In this document: in pieces, positions 31,943 through 42,971 of the stretch
Layout: each line of letters begins with the position of its first letter
How positions within the stretch are numbered: the first letter of the stretch is position 1
Assembly: GCA_963662545.2 (NCBI GenBank)
Contig: CAXXLL010000003.1
Span: forward strand, 544,001 to 608,000
Direction: 5' to 3'
DNA from: Gammaproteobacteria bacterium
Lineage (GTDB): Bacteria > Pseudomonadota > Gammaproteobacteria > Ga0077536
Length of the DNA: 64,000 nucleotides
Program-made: the position numbers and the translations under genes
Notes under the pieces: model-generated
What the model saw: only the letters and a program-made list of their open reading frames with translations
Databases searched by the model: none
Told to the model about the DNA's origin: nothing

Positions 31943-32150
31943 ATGTCAATACGACTTCGACAACCTATTGATCTTTAAAGGTTCGAACCCTACATAGTGA
32001 TCATCAGTCAAAAGCAACGTGGTAACAATTCACAGATTCGAGCGGTGGGGAGGATGGGTTGCGATTGTCAAGCATGGACCTGCGGACCGCGCCACGTATA
32101 ATTTTTCAGTCCGCGCGAGCTAGTTACGGAATTTGGAACAAGTTTTAAGC

Positions 32151-32480
32151 ATGTCCACCGGAAGCGAGGAGTCGCAGCAAAATGAAGGCGGCGTCGCGCT
32201 GCAAGAAGCGAAGCCGAAACTAAAGAAACCACCGTTATACAAGGTGATAATGCTCAATGACGACTACACGCCGATGGAGTTCGTCGTCCACGTACTGGAG
32301 AATTTTTTCAGTTTGAATCGCCCGACCGCAACGAGAATCATGTTGGAGGTGCATACGCAAGGAAAGGGCGTGTGCGGTATATTTACTCATGAGATAGCCG
32401 AGACCAAAGTTTCACACGTAAATGCTTATGCGCGAAACCACGAACACCCGCTGCTGTGTACTACGGAACTCGAATCGTAA
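32151..32480 (+). CDS. clpS: ATP-dependent Clp protease adaptor ClpS
   Basis: [31 protein letters not shown]. Confidence 0.96.
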   Translation: MSTGSEESQQNEGGVALQEAKPKLKKPPLYKVIMLNDDYTPMEFVVHVLENFFSLNRPTATRIMLEVHTQGKGVCGIFTHEIAETKVSHVNAYARNHEHPLLCTTELES

Positions 32481-32495
32481 CTAGAGGAAATCGCC

Positions 32496-34760
32496 GTGCT
32501 TAGCAAAGAACTCGAAGTCACACTCAACCTGGCCTTCAAGGAGGCACGCGAGCAACGTCATGAATTCATGACTGTTGAGCATCTGCTATTGGCGTTGCTC
32601 GACAATCCGACGGCAGCCAAAGTACTGCGCGCCTGTGGCGCGGACCTTAACGCGCTGCGACGCCAGCTAACCGATTTCATTCAGGAGAGTTCACCCCTGC
32701 TCCCGGAAGACGAAGATCGCGATACGCAACCCACGCTCGGCTTTCAGCGCGTACTGCAACGCGCAGTGTTCCACGTCCAATCTTCCGGCAAGAAGGAAGT
32801 CAACGGAGCGAACGTGCTGGTGGCCATCTTCGGCGAGCGCGAATCACATGCCGTCTACCTGCTGAACCAGCAAAGCATCGCGCGACTGGATGTGGTCAAT
32901 TGTATCTCTCACGGTATTTCGAAAGTTTCAGATGACGATTCGAATGAGGACATTAATTCATCGCCCGAAGAAGAAGGTGAACAACCGGACAATTCAAACA
33001 ATGCCCTGACCGCCTATACCACCAACCTCAACGAACAGGCGGAAAAAGGCAAGATCGATCCGTTGATCGGCCGGCACGACGAAGTCGAACGCACGATTCA
33101 GATCCTTTGCCGACGCCGCAAGAACAACCCCTTGTTCGTCGGCGAAGCGGGGGTCGGAAAAACCGCGATAGCGGAGGGACTGGCTAAGAAAATCGTCGAC
33201 GAAGAGATTCCGGAAGTGCTCGCAGAATCGACTATTTATGCGCTCGATCTCGGCGCATTGCTGGCGGGTACGAAGTACCGCGGAGATTTCGAAAAGCGAC
33301 TCAAGAATGTGCTCGCTCAATTGCAGCGCGAGGAAGGCGCGATTCTGTTTATCGACGAAATTCATACCATCATCGGCGCCGGCGCTGCTTCCGGCGGGGT
33401 CATGGATGCTTCCAACCTGATCAAACCGATGCTGGCTTCCGGCGAACTCAAATGCATCGGCTCGACGACCTACCAGGAATATCGCGGAATTTTCGAAAAG
33501 GACCGCGCGCTCGCGCGACGCTTCCAGAAGATCGATATTGGCGAACCCAGCGAGGATGAATCGGTAAAAATACTGCAGGGTTTGAAATCGCGGTTCGAGG
33601 AGCACCACGAAGTGCGCTACACCAACCAGGCTCTGCGCACGGCAGTCGAACTCACCAATCGTTACATCAACGATCGGCACCTGCCGGACAAGGCGATCGA
33701 CATCATCGACGAAGCTGGCGCGCGTCAGCGCCTGCTGCCGCCTTCGAGACGACGCAAGACCATCGGTGTCAACGACATCGAGGAAATCGTCGCGAAAATC
33801 GCGCGTATTCCGCCGAAATCAGTCTCGACATCCGACCGTGACGTACTGAAGAACCTGGAACGCGATCTAAAGATGGTCGTCTTTGGTCAGAATGAAGCGA
33901 TCGAAAGCCTGGCTGTTGCAATCAAAATGTCGCGCTCTGGGCTGGGTAGTACCGAGAAACCAATCGGGTCTTTCCTTTTCGCCGGTCCGACCGGCGTCGG
34001 CAAAACCGAGGTCACGCGTCAACTCGCGAGAATCATGGGCATCGAACTCATTCGCTTCGACATGTCTGAATACATGGAACGGCATACCGTCTCGCGTCTG
34101 ATCGGCGCGCCTCCCGGATACGTCGGATACGATACCGGCGGCCTTATGACCGAAGCCATCACCAAGCAACCGCACGCCGTGCTGCTCCTCGACGAGATGG
34201 AGAAAGCCCATCCTGACGTGTTCAACATCATGCTGCAGGTAATGGACCACGGGACCCTGACCGACACCAACGGCCGCAAGGCCGATTTCCGGAACGTCAT
34301 CATCGTGATGACTACCAACGCCGGCGCCGACCGCATCAGCAGAGCGTCGATCGGTTTCACGATGCAGGATCACACGGGTGACGCTATCCAGGAAATCAAG
34401 CGCATGTTCAACCCCGAGTTCCGCAATCGTCTCGACGCCGTCATCCAGTTCGGCGCGCTCGATCCGGAGACCATTAGCTATGTGGTCGACAAGTTTCTTG
34501 TCGAACTCGAAACCCAGCTCGACGACAAGAAAGTTTCCATCGATGTCGATGCCGACGCGCGACTATGGCTGGCCGAGCACGGCTATGACTTGGTCATGGG
34601 TGCTCGCCCCATGAGCCGATTGATCCAGGAGAAGATCAAAAAGCCCTTGGCCGAAGAATTATTGTTCGGACGGCTTGCGAGCGGCGGCAACGTCGTGGTC
34701 ACCGTGAAGGACGACGACATCGCGGTTGAACTCGAGACCGAGGCCGAACAAACCACCTGA
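32496..34760 (+). CDS. clpA: ATP-dependent Clp protease ATP-binding subunit ClpA
   Basis: Two AAA+ modules ([16 protein letters not shown]), [12 protein letters not shown] loop; follows clpS. Confidence 0.97.
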   Translation: MLSKELEVTLNLAFKEAREQRHEFMTVEHLLLALLDNPTAAKVLRACGADLNALRRQLTDFIQESSPLLPEDEDRDTQPTLGFQRVLQRAVFHVQSSGKKEVNGANVLVAIFGERESHAVYLLNQQSIARLDVVNCISHGISKVSDDDSNEDINSSPEEEGEQPDNSNNALTAYTTNLNEQAEKGKIDPLIGRHDEVERTIQILCRRRKNNPLFVGEAGVGKTAIAEGLAKKIVDEEIPEVLAESTIYALDLGALLAGTKYRGDFEKRLKNVLAQLQREEGAILFIDEIHTIIGAGAASGGVMDASNLIKPMLASGELKCIGSTTYQEYRGIFEKDRALARRFQKIDIGEPSEDESVKILQGLKSRFEEHHEVRYTNQALRTAVELTNRYINDRHLPDKAIDIIDEAGARQRLLPPSRRRKTIGVNDIEEIVAKIARIPPKSVSTSDRDVLKNLERDLKMVVFGQNEAIESLAVAIKMSRSGLGSTEKPIGSFLFAGPTGVGKTEVTRQLARIMGIELIRFDMSEYMERHTVSRLIGAPPGYVGYDTGGLMTEAITKQPHAVLLLDEMEKAHPDVFNIMLQVMDHGTLTDTNGRKADFRNVIIVMTTNAGADRISRASIGFTMQDHTGDAIQEIKRMFNPEFRNRLDAVIQFGALDPETISYVVDKFLVELETQLDDKKVSIDVDADARLWLAEHGYDLVMGARPMSRLIQEKIKKPLAEELLFGRLASGGNVVVTVKDDDIAVELETEAEQTT

Positions 34761-34835
34761 TTGAACCGGATCGGTATTCGTGTGCGACCGCGGCGCAGGT
34801 CCTGCTGCCATCCGATCCGGATCGAGAGCCTGAAT

Positions 34836-35354
34836 TTGGTACAGAACTTCAAGCAAGTCGGCGAGAACACGTTCCGCGAAACGTTCGGTCGCTACTTTGA
34901 GGAATTCGAAGTCGGACACGTCTATCAACATCGACCCGGTCGCACCATTACGGAGACCGACAACATTTGGTTTACGCTGTTGACGATGAATACGCACCCG
35001 CTACATTTTGACAACGAGTACGGTGCGGCATCCGAGTTCGGACAAACGCTAGTGAACAGCACCTACACAGTCGCGCTGATCGCCGGCATGAGCGTGAGCG
35101 ACGTCAGCCAGAAAGCCATCGCCAACCTCGGTTGGAAAGAGATCAAGCTGCCCGCCCCGGTATTTGTCGGCGACACGCTCTATGCCGAGTCAGAAGTCCT
35201 GGCTAAGCGTGAATCCAAGTCGCGACCCGACGCCGGCATCGTCACGGTCAAGACGCTGGGGAAGAAAAGCGACGGCACAGTGGTCTGCGATTTCGAACGC
35301 TCGATGTTGATCCCGAAACAGGGGCATGCCGTCGAGGACAAGATGGATTATTGA
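34836..35354 (+). CDS. MaoC family (R)-hydratase/dehydratase
   Basis: GRYFEEFEVG, GRTITETDN...NTHPLHFD hydratase-2 motif, PVFVGDTL; TTG start inferred. Confidence 0.85.
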   Translation: MVQNFKQVGENTFRETFGRYFEEFEVGHVYQHRPGRTITETDNIWFTLLTMNTHPLHFDNEYGAASEFGQTLVNSTYTVALIAGMSVSDVSQKAIANLGWKEIKLPAPVFVGDTLYAESEVLAKRESKSRPDAGIVTVKTLGKKSDGTVVCDFERSMLIPKQGHAVEDKMDY

Positions 35355-35390
35355 AGTGGAATCGCCCGCAAGCGGGTAATTAATCCAAAT

Positions 35391-36725
35391 TCAGGTTAAC
35401 AATTTCACCAACACCGCCGAATTACGCTGATAGTTGTACAACTCGCGTTTCTCGACCGGCAGCGATTTCATCGTGCCATTGTCGAACCCGCGTTCGCTGA
35501 ACCATTGCACGGCCTGCGTCGTCAGAACGAACAGCGTGCTGATACCCATGTCTTGCGCGCGCCGCTCGAGCTCTTCGAGCAGCACATCACCAAACTGGCC
35601 TCCGCGGTAATCCGGGTGCACCGCGATGCACGCCACCTCGCCTGTCGGCTGGCCTTCGTAGGGATAAAGAGCGCCGCAGGCAACGACCGTGCTCTCGCGA
35701 ACCATGACGACGAAATGATCAATTTCCGCTTCGAGTTGTTCACGCGATCGCTTGACCAGGACCCCCCGGGCTGCAAGCGGCTGGATCAGTTCGAGAATAC
35801 CTCCGACGTCCTCGACGACGGCTTGTCGCAAGTGATCGAAGGGTGCGCTGCTGATCAAAGTGCCGATGCCGTCCCGCGTGAAGAGTTCACGCAAGATCGC
35901 ACCGTCTACGAAGCGGCTGACGATGTGTACCCGTTCCACCCCCAACTGGCAGGCGCTTACGGCCGTGTCGAGCAAACCGTATTCTTCGTCAAGATCTGAT
36001 TTGGTCTCCCGTAAATCGACGGCCTCGCGCACCGTCAGCTGCCGGTACAGCTTCCCTGCCGGAGACGTGATGCCGTTCGTCCCAGCGATTAAAACCAGTT
36101 TCGCCGATTCGATTTGACCGGCGACGGCCGCAGCCAGATCGTCTGCCTTCAAGTTGAACAGGTCACCCGTCGGTGAATATCCGAGCGGCGCGAGTAGTAC
36201 GATCTCGCCGTGATTCAGGTGTGATTCGATGGCGCCGCGATCGACGCTGCGCACGAGTCCGGTGAAGCCCAGATCGACGCCGTCGATGATTCCGGCCGGC
36301 ATTGCCAGCACGAAATTTCCGCCGGCGATCTTGCTCGCGGCGCCGGTAATGGGGCCACCGCGGCCGCCGAGCGAAAATGCAGACTCGATCGCAAGCCGCA
36401 TGGCGCCGACGACTTCACTGATCTCGCCCATGATCTCATCGTCGCTGACACGGAGCCTGCCGACGAATCGCGGGGCAATGCCCTTTGCCGCCAGCCGCTC
36501 CTCGATTTGCGGGCGCGCGCCGAACACGATGACCAGGCGGATGCCAACGGCCGCGAGGAGCACGAGATCCCGAACCAGATTGGCAAAACCCGGTCCCGCG
36601 ACGGCCTCACCGCCGAAATAGACGACGAAGGTCTTATTGCGGTGGTTTTGAAAATAGGGAGAAACCTGGCGCAGCCAGGGGACGATAGCGTCGTCTTCGA
36701 GCCTCATCCCTTCCTCAGTCATCAC
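35391..36725 (-). CDS. argA: Amino-acid N-acetyltransferase (N-acetylglutamate synthase)
   Basis: AAK domain (KTFVVYFGGE, ELFTRDGIGT) plus GNAT domain (IAVHPDYR, LYNYQRNS). Confidence 0.94.
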   Translation of the reverse strand: MMTEEGMRLEDDAIVPWLRQVSPYFQNHRNKTFVVYFGGEAVAGPGFANLVRDLVLLAAVGIRLVIVFGARPQIEERLAAKGIAPRFVGRLRVSDDEIMGEISEVVGAMRLAIESAFSLGGRGGPITGAASKIAGGNFVLAMPAGIIDGVDLGFTGLVRSVDRGAIESHLNHGEIVLLAPLGYSPTGDLFNLKADDLAAAVAGQIESAKLVLIAGTNGITSPAGKLYRQLTVREAVDLRETKSDLDEEYGLLDTAVSACQLGVERVHIVSRFVDGAILRELFTRDGIGTLISSAPFDHLRQAVVEDVGGILELIQPLAARGVLVKRSREQLEAEIDHFVVMVRESTVVACGALYPYEGQPTGEVACIAVHPDYRGGQFGDVLLEELERRAQDMGISTLFVLTTQAVQWFSERGFDNGTMKSLPVEKRELYNYQRNSAVLVKLLT

Positions 36726-37872
36726 AGCAGAACCTTTCGATCAGCGTGCGCAATATGCCCCGCATCCTGAGCACCTTGTCCACCGCAACCCACTCGTTGG
36801 GTTGATGTGCGATGTCGATGTTGCCCGGCCCGAAGATCACCGTGTCACAGTCAAGGGCGTTAAGAAACGGTCCCTCGGTCGCGAATGCCACGGTTGCGGC
36901 AGACCTACCCGACAATTCCTCGACGGCGCGCACGATCGCCGAATCGGCGGGCGTCAACATCGGCGGTAAGGGATCCATGGGCAAGACCATCTTCGCGCCG
37001 AGTCCGGTGCCCGCGACTGCGGCATCGACGATCTCGCGGAGCTCCGCCGCGGTCACGTCGACGTCCATCCCAGGCATTAAACGCACGTCGAACAGGAGGT
37101 CACAGGATGCACATATCCGATTCGGGCTGTCCCCGCCGCTGATCCCCCCGAGATTCAAGGTCGGCCGCGCGACTTCGAAATCCCCGTCGGGATAGCGCTC
37201 TGCGGCTTCCTCGCGCCATGCCTTAAACCCCGTCATGATGTCGTGCATACCGTCCAGCGCGTTGGCGCCTAGTGCCGGGTTGCTCGAATGGCCGGCACGA
37301 CCGGTCACCTCGACGCGCCCGATGAGGATGCCCTTGTGCTTGTTAATGGGGATCAGGTCGGTCGGTTCGCCGATGAGCGCATAGGCGCCCAGTTCCTCGC
37401 CACTTTCGACCAGCACGCGTGCACCGTTCATGGTGCTTTCCTCGTCGGCCGTCGCAAGCACGATGAGCGAACGCTTCAGCCTCGACAGATCGAACCCATC
37501 CAGGGCTGACAGGATCAAGGGGAAAAAACACTTCATGTCGGCGCTGCCGAGCCCGAACCAGCAACCTTCGCGCTCGACGAGCTCGAAAGGATCGGTCGCC
37601 CAGCCATTCGCGTCGTAGGGCACCGTGTCTGTGTGGCCCGCAAGCACGAGGCCTCGATCCCCGCGACCCGCGCGCGCAATCATGTTGAACTTCGCCGGTG
37701 CCTCGGCGACGGTCTGCTGCAAAACCGCGAAGCCTGCCGCCTCGAACCAGTTGCTGAGCGTATCCGTGACGGTCGAGTTGCTCATGTCGAATGCGGGATT
37801 GACGGAACTCACACTCGGGTGCGCGATGAGTTTAGCGAGCCTCGCCTTGAGTTGTGCTTCGACGCCGGGCAT
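36715..37872 (-). CDS. argE: Acetylornithine deacetylase
   Basis: LAGHTDTVP, GLGSADMK, TADEE, GHSSNP, AHQPNE; adjacent to argA. Confidence 0.92.
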   Translation of the reverse strand: MPGVEAQLKARLAKLIAHPSVSSVNPAFDMSNSTVTDTLSNWFEAAGFAVLQQTVAEAPAKFNMIARAGRGDRGLVLAGHTDTVPYDANGWATDPFELVEREGCWFGLGSADMKCFFPLILSALDGFDLSRLKRSLIVLATADEESTMNGARVLVESGEELGAYALIGEPTDLIPINKHKGILIGRVEVTGRAGHSSNPALGANALDGMHDIMTGFKAWREEAAERYPDGDFEVARPTLNLGGISGGDSPNRICASCDLLFDVRLMPGMDVDVTAAELREIVDAAVAGTGLGAKMVLPMDPLPPMLTPADSAIVRAVEELSGRSAATVAFATEGPFLNALDCDTVIFGPGNIDIAHQPNEWVAVDKVLRMRGILRTLIERFCCDD

Positions 37873-37920
37873 GCGGTGCAGCCTCTACGAAAATTGGGGT
37901 GGCATTCTACACCGGCGAGC

Positions 37921-37968
37921 ACGGGGTTAGATCTGACCCCATGCTCGCAATCTGAGATCTGACCCCGT
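37921..37968. repeat. Degenerate GGGGTCAGA/TCTGACCCC REP-like element in the argE/ilvD divergent spacer
   Basis: ACGGGGTTAGATCT...AGATCTGACCCCGT outer inverted repeat, AGATCTGACCCC present twice; same end motif as 28812-28865. Confidence 0.6.
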
Positions 37969-38006
37969 ACAGTTACCGTTGAACGGCAACACGCTGGAGA
38001 TCAGGC

Positions 38007-39686
38007 ATGGCGCGAAAATTGAACAGCATTAGTGAGCGTATTACGCAACCGCGCGTGCAGGGCGCATCGCAGGCAATGCTCTACGGGACGGGCTTGACCG
38101 AATCCGATCTATCCAAGGCACAGGTCGGGATTGCCAGCGTCTGGTATGAGGGCAACCCCTGTAACATGCATCTGCTAGGCCTTGCCGAGGAAGTCAAAAA
38201 GGGCGTGCAGAAAGCCGGCCTCGTCGGCATGCGGTTCAATACCATCGGCGTCAGCGACGGTATCTCGATGGGTACCCGCGGTATGAGTTACTCGTTGCAG
38301 TCTCGAGACCTCATCGCAGATTCGATCGAGACCATGATGAGCGGCCAATGGTACGACGCCAACATCTCGATCCCCGGCTGCGACAAAAATATGCCCGGTT
38401 GCCTCATCGCTATGGGCCGCTTGGACCGGCCGGCGCTCATGATCTACGGCGGCACGATCAAACCGGGACGTTCACGCGGACAGACGGTTGATATCGTGTC
38501 GGCTTTTCAGAGTTACGGCGCTTTTATTGCCGGAACCATTTCGGACGAAGAGCGCCAGGATATCATCAAGAACGCCTGTCCCGGTGCGGGCGCCTGCGGT
38601 GGCATGTATACGGCGAATACAATGGCGTCGGCCATCGAGGCTCTTGGCATGTCCCTGCCATACAGTTCGTCGACACCTGCAGTGGACCCCGGCAAGCTGG
38701 AAGAATGCGAACGTGCCGGGGCGGCTATCCTTCATCTGCTGGAGGAGGAAATCAAACCGAGCGACATCATGACGCGACCGGCGTTCGAGAACGCGATGGC
38801 GCTGATATGTGTCCTCGGTGGATCCACCAATGCGGTATTACACCTGATCGCGATGGCCCGCGCGGTCGGCGTCGAACTCGGCATCGACGATTTCCAGACG
38901 GTCAGTGATCGCACGCCATTCCTGGCCGATCTGAAGCCCAGCGGTCAATATGTGATGGAGGACCTGCATAAGGTCGGCGGGACTCCGGCGGTTCTCAAGT
39001 TCCTACTCGATGCCGGCATGATCAATGGGGAATGCATGACGGTGACGGGTAAAACGCTGGCAGAAAATCTGGAGGCCGTTGCCCCGCTCTCGCAAGGGCA
39101 AATCGTCATTCGGCCGCTCGATGATCCGATCAAGCCGACCGGCCACATACAGATCCTGAAAGGCAATCTTGCGCCCGGCGGCTCAGTCGCCAAGATCACC
39201 GGCAAGGAGGGCACCCGCTTTAATGGGCCGGCGCGCGTATACGACAGCGAGGAAGACATGATCGCGGGACTCGAGAATAAGGAAATTCAGAAAGGCGACG
39301 TGGTGATCATCCGCTACGAAGGTCCCAAGGGCGGTCCCGGCATGCCGGAAATGCTCACCCCGACTTCCGCCATCGTGGGAGCCGGCCTTGGCGAACACGT
39401 CGCCTTGATTACCGATGGCCGCTTCTCCGGCGGCTCGCACGGTTTTCTTGTCGGTCACGTCGTGCCCGAAGCACAGGAAGGCGGGCCAATTGCACTGGTG
39501 CGGGACGCCGATGTCATTACCATCGACGCAGACGCCCACATCATCGAGGTCGCGGTCGACGAAGCCGAAATGCAACGCCGACGTGATGCATGGAACGCCC
39601 CGCCATACAAGGCGGATCGCGGCACTCTGTATAAATACATCAAGAATGTGAAAAACGCGTCGCAAGGCTGCGTCACCGACGAGTGA
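38007..39686 (+). CDS. ilvD: Dihydroxy-acid dehydratase
   Basis: [41 protein letters not shown]. Confidence 0.97.
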   Translation: MARKLNSISERITQPRVQGASQAMLYGTGLTESDLSKAQVGIASVWYEGNPCNMHLLGLAEEVKKGVQKAGLVGMRFNTIGVSDGISMGTRGMSYSLQSRDLIADSIETMMSGQWYDANISIPGCDKNMPGCLIAMGRLDRPALMIYGGTIKPGRSRGQTVDIVSAFQSYGAFIAGTISDEERQDIIKNACPGAGACGGMYTANTMASAIEALGMSLPYSSSTPAVDPGKLEECERAGAAILHLLEEEIKPSDIMTRPAFENAMALICVLGGSTNAVLHLIAMARAVGVELGIDDFQTVSDRTPFLADLKPSGQYVMEDLHKVGGTPAVLKFLLDAGMINGECMTVTGKTLAENLEAVAPLSQGQIVIRPLDDPIKPTGHIQILKGNLAPGGSVAKITGKEGTRFNGPARVYDSEEDMIAGLENKEIQKGDVVIIRYEGPKGGPGMPEMLTPTSAIVGAGLGEHVALITDGRFSGGSHGFLVGHVVPEAQEGGPIALVRDADVITIDADAHIIEVAVDEAEMQRRRDAWNAPPYKADRGTLYKYIKNVKNASQGCVTDE

Positions 39687-39694
39687 GGGCAAAG

Positions 39695-39734
39695 CCCGCC
39701 TCGCTACAACTTTCGAAGTCGGACAGGCTCCTAA
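39695..39734. repeat. Truncated copy of one end of the nuoA-upstream MITE
   Basis: CCCGCCTCGCTAC-N8-AAGTCGGACAGGCTCCTAA aligns to the reverse complement of 18692-18731 (CCCGCCTCGCTAC-N8-AAGTCCGACAGGCTGCTAG). Confidence 0.65.
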
Positions 39735-39748
39735 GAAGCCCCTAAAAT

Positions 39749-40351
39749 TTACATCTGCTTTTTGTAATCGTTGTAGTACTTGAGCACGCGGCGCACGTAG
39801 GTCTGCGTTTCCTTATAGGGCGGGATGCGGTGCCCATGGTTGATCACGGCATTCTCGCCCGCGTTGTATGCGGCGAGCGCGAGCACCACGTTATTGTCGA
39901 ACATATTCAAGAGATCGCGCAGATAGCGGGTGCCGCCCACCACGTTGGCATTTGGATCACGTCGGTTGCGTACTCCGTATCGTTTTGCGGTTCCCGGCAT
40001 CAATTGCATCAGGCCGACGGCGCCCGCGTGTGAAACGGCTTCTGGGTCATAGGCCGACTCCGCCGTGATCACGGCGTGCAGTAACGCCGGCGGGAGTCGA
40101 TGAACTTTCGCCGCACGCGCAATCGTGGGAGCGTACTTCTTGCGGTTGCGGTGCACGCTGTTGAAGTCGATTTTCGATTCCTCCCAACCCTTCCAGGTCT
40201 TGACCAGTTGTCGGTAGCCGTCATGGATCGGACGGTCCGTCAGGTGTACGCGGCCGTACTGATCCACGTACTTGAAGATGTCCGCGCCAGCCAGAATCGG
40301 GAGCACCCCAAACAGGGTGAAGATGACCAAGAATAAAAATCCCCTTTCCAT
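39749..40351 (-). CDS. Lytic transglycosylase (SLT domain) with short N-terminal DUF4124-like segment
   Basis: Signal peptide, IFKYVDQYG.VHLTD, AVITAES, GAVGLMQLMP, ALAAYNAGE, ETQTYV. Confidence 0.9.
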   Translation of the reverse strand: MERGFLFLVIFTLFGVLPILAGADIFKYVDQYGRVHLTDRPIHDGYRQLVKTWKGWEESKIDFNSVHRNRKKYAPTIARAAKVHRLPPALLHAVITAESAYDPEAVSHAGAVGLMQLMPGTAKRYGVRNRRDPNANVVGGTRYLRDLLNMFDNNVVLALAAYNAGENAVINHGHRIPPYKETQTYVRRVLKYYNDYKKQM

Positions 40352-40383
40352 ACGATGCTATTACGGCTTATTTTTAAAGTTAA

Positions 40384-40425
40384 TTATTGAATTATACTAT
40401 AACTTTATGAAAGTTATTGAATTAT
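40384..40425. promoter_or_regulatory. AT-rich regulatory region with direct repeats and a palindrome upstream of the transglycosylase
   Basis: TTATTGAATTAT at 40384 and 40414; palindrome ATAACTTT-ATG-AAAGTTAT at 40399-40417. Confidence 0.5.
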
Positions 40426-40702
40426 TTCTGCATTTTAAAAAAACGCAATTACGGGTCAGGGCGTCGTCCAGCATGATAACGCGGGCCGCCGCCGGTCCCG
40501 CGATCGCCGGTCCTGGCCGGCCAGGGTTTCACCCCAAGCAAAGAATCGAAACGCGAGTAAGGCCATAAGCTCCATTAGAACAACCATTTACGGCAAGGAG
40601 ACAGCCCCTCAGCCCGTCCTAAACAATAGCGCGGACCACGCTGCTCAAGCTGCTGCAGCCGTTATCCCACATAGCGGCAAACCAGCCAGAAACATCAGGT
40701 TC

Positions 40703-41608
40703 CTATTCGTCCTTCGAAACTTCTCCGCCGCGTCTCCGGAATCCGGAATATGCCGCGAGCCTGTCGACGACAAGCAGTCTTTCAATACGTCGGCCGTCCA
40801 TCGTCCAGGTCGGATAATTTTTGATCTCCTCGGTCTCGCAGACCGTTGCGCGCGGTCCATTACGCCCATGCGGTGAACATTCCACGTAGGGTAGATACTC
40901 GGCAGCATTGCCGAATAAATTTTTCTGTTCCCGACACACTGGACACCAGCTCGCTCCGTAGAACTTGAATCCATTTCGATCGAGATGCTCGGCCAGTTCG
41001 CGCAGATAGGGATCGACCTCGCCACCGGTCCCGTCCAGTATGCCCCGCGCGTCGAGGTGCATCGTCAGTGAAACCAGAACGGCGAACGCCGCGCCCGCAC
41101 CGCGCCAGCGCGCCCTGCGCGAGACTTCGATAGCGCGAAAGGTCATTCCAAAGGTGGTCGCCATCACGGCGAGTGACGCAAGACAGTAGCCACAAACGGC
41201 TTCGATCACGACGACAGAGATCACGGTCAAATAGATACTGATTCCGAATCCAGCCGCGGTCAGCAGGGCCGTCCATCGCCACCGTTGTTCTGCGCGAGCC
41301 GGGATGACGGCAACCAACCCGATCACCACGTAGTTTGCAAACCCCCACATGGTCAACGGGACACCGACGAAGCGCGACCAGGCACTTCTCTGCACCACAT
41401 CGCAGGCCGAGCCCTCCGAACAGTACGGGAGATGTCCGGCGGCGCTTGCGCTCCATATCAGGACACCGGTCAATACCAGGCCAGCGCCAGCAAGCAGCGC
41501 CATGGGCCAATCGGGTGCCGCGTTCACGGGCCGCGCCGGCGTCTGCGTCGGACTACTCGGTTTACGCTTTCGATCCCGCTTCTTTTTCTTCGCCAAAATA
41601 TTCTCCAA
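40703..41608 (-). CDS. Vitamin K epoxide reductase (VKOR) family protein fused to a thioredoxin-like domain
   Basis: Loop cysteines C.EGSAC..V..S.WS, TM CGYC; C-terminal [20 protein letters not shown]. Confidence 0.88.
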   Translation of the reverse strand: MENILAKKKKRDRKRKPSSPTQTPARPVNAAPDWPMALLAGAGLVLTGVLIWSASAAGHLPYCSEGSACDVVQRSAWSRFVGVPLTMWGFANYVVIGLVAVIPARAEQRWRWTALLTAAGFGISIYLTVISVVVIEAVCGYCLASLAVMATTFGMTFRAIEVSRRARWRGAGAAFAVLVSLTMHLDARGILDGTGGEVDPYLRELAEHLDRNGFKFYGASWCPVCREQKNLFGNAAEYLPYVECSPHGRNGPRATVCETEEIKNYPTWTMDGRRIERLLVVDRLAAYSGFRRRGGEVSKDE

Positions 41609-41758
41609 TCGAATTCCGGTTCAAAGCTGCTCGCCGCGAGCCCGATACTGGCGTGTTCCGTGGCTATTGCTCAAGCGTATACAGTAGACTTTCGGGGGGA
41701 CGTCACGAGCAAGTGTTTCGCGATGCAAGGTCGAGCCGGAACAAGACGAGGGACCAAC

Positions 41759-42730
41759 ATGCAATATTCACTATCCGATATAGCAGAACGATTCAAGCTC
41801 GAAATCGACGGGGATAAAACCGTCGAAATAACCGGCATCTGCGGCCTGTCGGATGACCTCCCAGCTTGTCTCACCTTCGTCGCTGAAGACCAACACGTCG
41901 AGGCAGCGGCCCGTTCGCGTATACCCGCAGTCGTAACGCGGCCTGGTTGTCCAATCGCTGGGAAAGCCAACTTGTACCACGAGCATCCAGAATACATGAT
42001 TGCGCAAATCGCGGAATTGTTCCTGCCGTCCCGACTCGGTCAGGCCGACGGCATCCATCACACCGCGGTGATAGCCGACAGCGTAGTGCTTGGCGACGAC
42101 GTTTGCATCGGTGCCTACGTCGTCGTCGGCGAGAAAGTGCAGATCGGAGCGCGCTCCCGAGTATTTCCCAATACGGTCATCATGGATCGCAGCGTTCTCG
42201 GCGAGGACTGCATCGTTTATCCCAATTGCACGGTGCGGGAAGACAGCGTACTGGGCGATCGCGTGATATTACAGCCGGGTGTTTCGATCGGTGGCGATGG
42301 CTTCGGATTCGTCGATCACGGCGGAGAGCACGTCAAGATCCCTCAGCTCGGTCATGTCGTGCTTGAAGCCGACGTCGAGATCGGTGCGAATTCGACGGTC
42401 GACCGTGGACGTTTTACAGAGACGCGTATCGGTCAGGGCACCAAGGTTGATAACCTGGTGATGCTCGCGCACAACGTTACGACGGGATCGCACTGCCTGA
42501 TCATCGCCCAAGTCGGCATTTCGGGAAGCACTACTCTCGGTGATCGCGTGACCCTGGCCGGGCAAGTCGGAACCGTCGGGCACGTCGAGATTGCCGATGA
42601 CGTCACGGTGCTCGGCAAAAGCGGTATCACCAAGGACATTCGCAAACCCGGGGTCTATGCGGGCATGCCGCTTAAACCGGCCAGGCTCTGGCGCAAAGCG
42701 ATGGCGCGGCTTTACGCGGGATTGCGTTAA
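41759..42730 (+). CDS. lpxD: UDP-3-O-(3-hydroxyacyl)glucosamine N-acyltransferase
   Basis: Hexapeptide repeats, [40 protein letters not shown]; ATG at 41759. Confidence 0.88.
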   Translation: MQYSLSDIAERFKLEIDGDKTVEITGICGLSDDLPACLTFVAEDQHVEAAARSRIPAVVTRPGCPIAGKANLYHEHPEYMIAQIAELFLPSRLGQADGIHHTAVIADSVVLGDDVCIGAYVVVGEKVQIGARSRVFPNTVIMDRSVLGEDCIVYPNCTVREDSVLGDRVILQPGVSIGGDGFGFVDHGGEHVKIPQLGHVVLEADVEIGANSTVDRGRFTETRIGQGTKVDNLVMLAHNVTTGSHCLIIAQVGISGSTTLGDRVTLAGQVGTVGHVEIADDVTVLGKSGITKDIRKPGVYAGMPLKPARLWRKAMARLYAGLR

Positions 42731-42950
42731 GGGCTGTTCATAGGTCGGATCTTAGGGATTGAACTGACACGCAGACGCACGACGGAGCGACAAAAAAATA
42801 TAACCACGGAGAACACTAAGAACACGGAGGGAAGAAAAAAATGACCGTTTACATGCCCTATTTTATTATTTTGCTTTGTGTTCTTTGTGGTTCATTGCGA
42901 TTTTATTGGGGAACTCCGGGCTTAAGAACTAACCTATGAAGGGTTGTTAA
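42727..42950. repeat. AT-rich composite palindromic insert after the lpxD stop
   Basis: TTAA..TTCATAGGT / ACCTATGAA..TTAA ends; internal AACCACGGAGAACACTAAGAACACGGAG and CTTTGTGTTCTTTGTGGTT inverted pair. Confidence 0.5.
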
Positions 42951-42971
42951 CAGTTCGTTCCGGATAGTCGG

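Noticed and set aside
40451-40702. Possible sRNA or small ORF between the transglycosylase and VKOR genes
   Set aside because: Only short ORFs without RBS or motif, and no convincing structure or terminator
41285-41758. Long N-terminal extension of lpxD in the ORF track (similar extensions for nuoB, nuoI, scpB, the MTase, permease and ppiD)
   Set aside because: They overlap neighbouring genes or terminators; downstream starts give family-typical lengths
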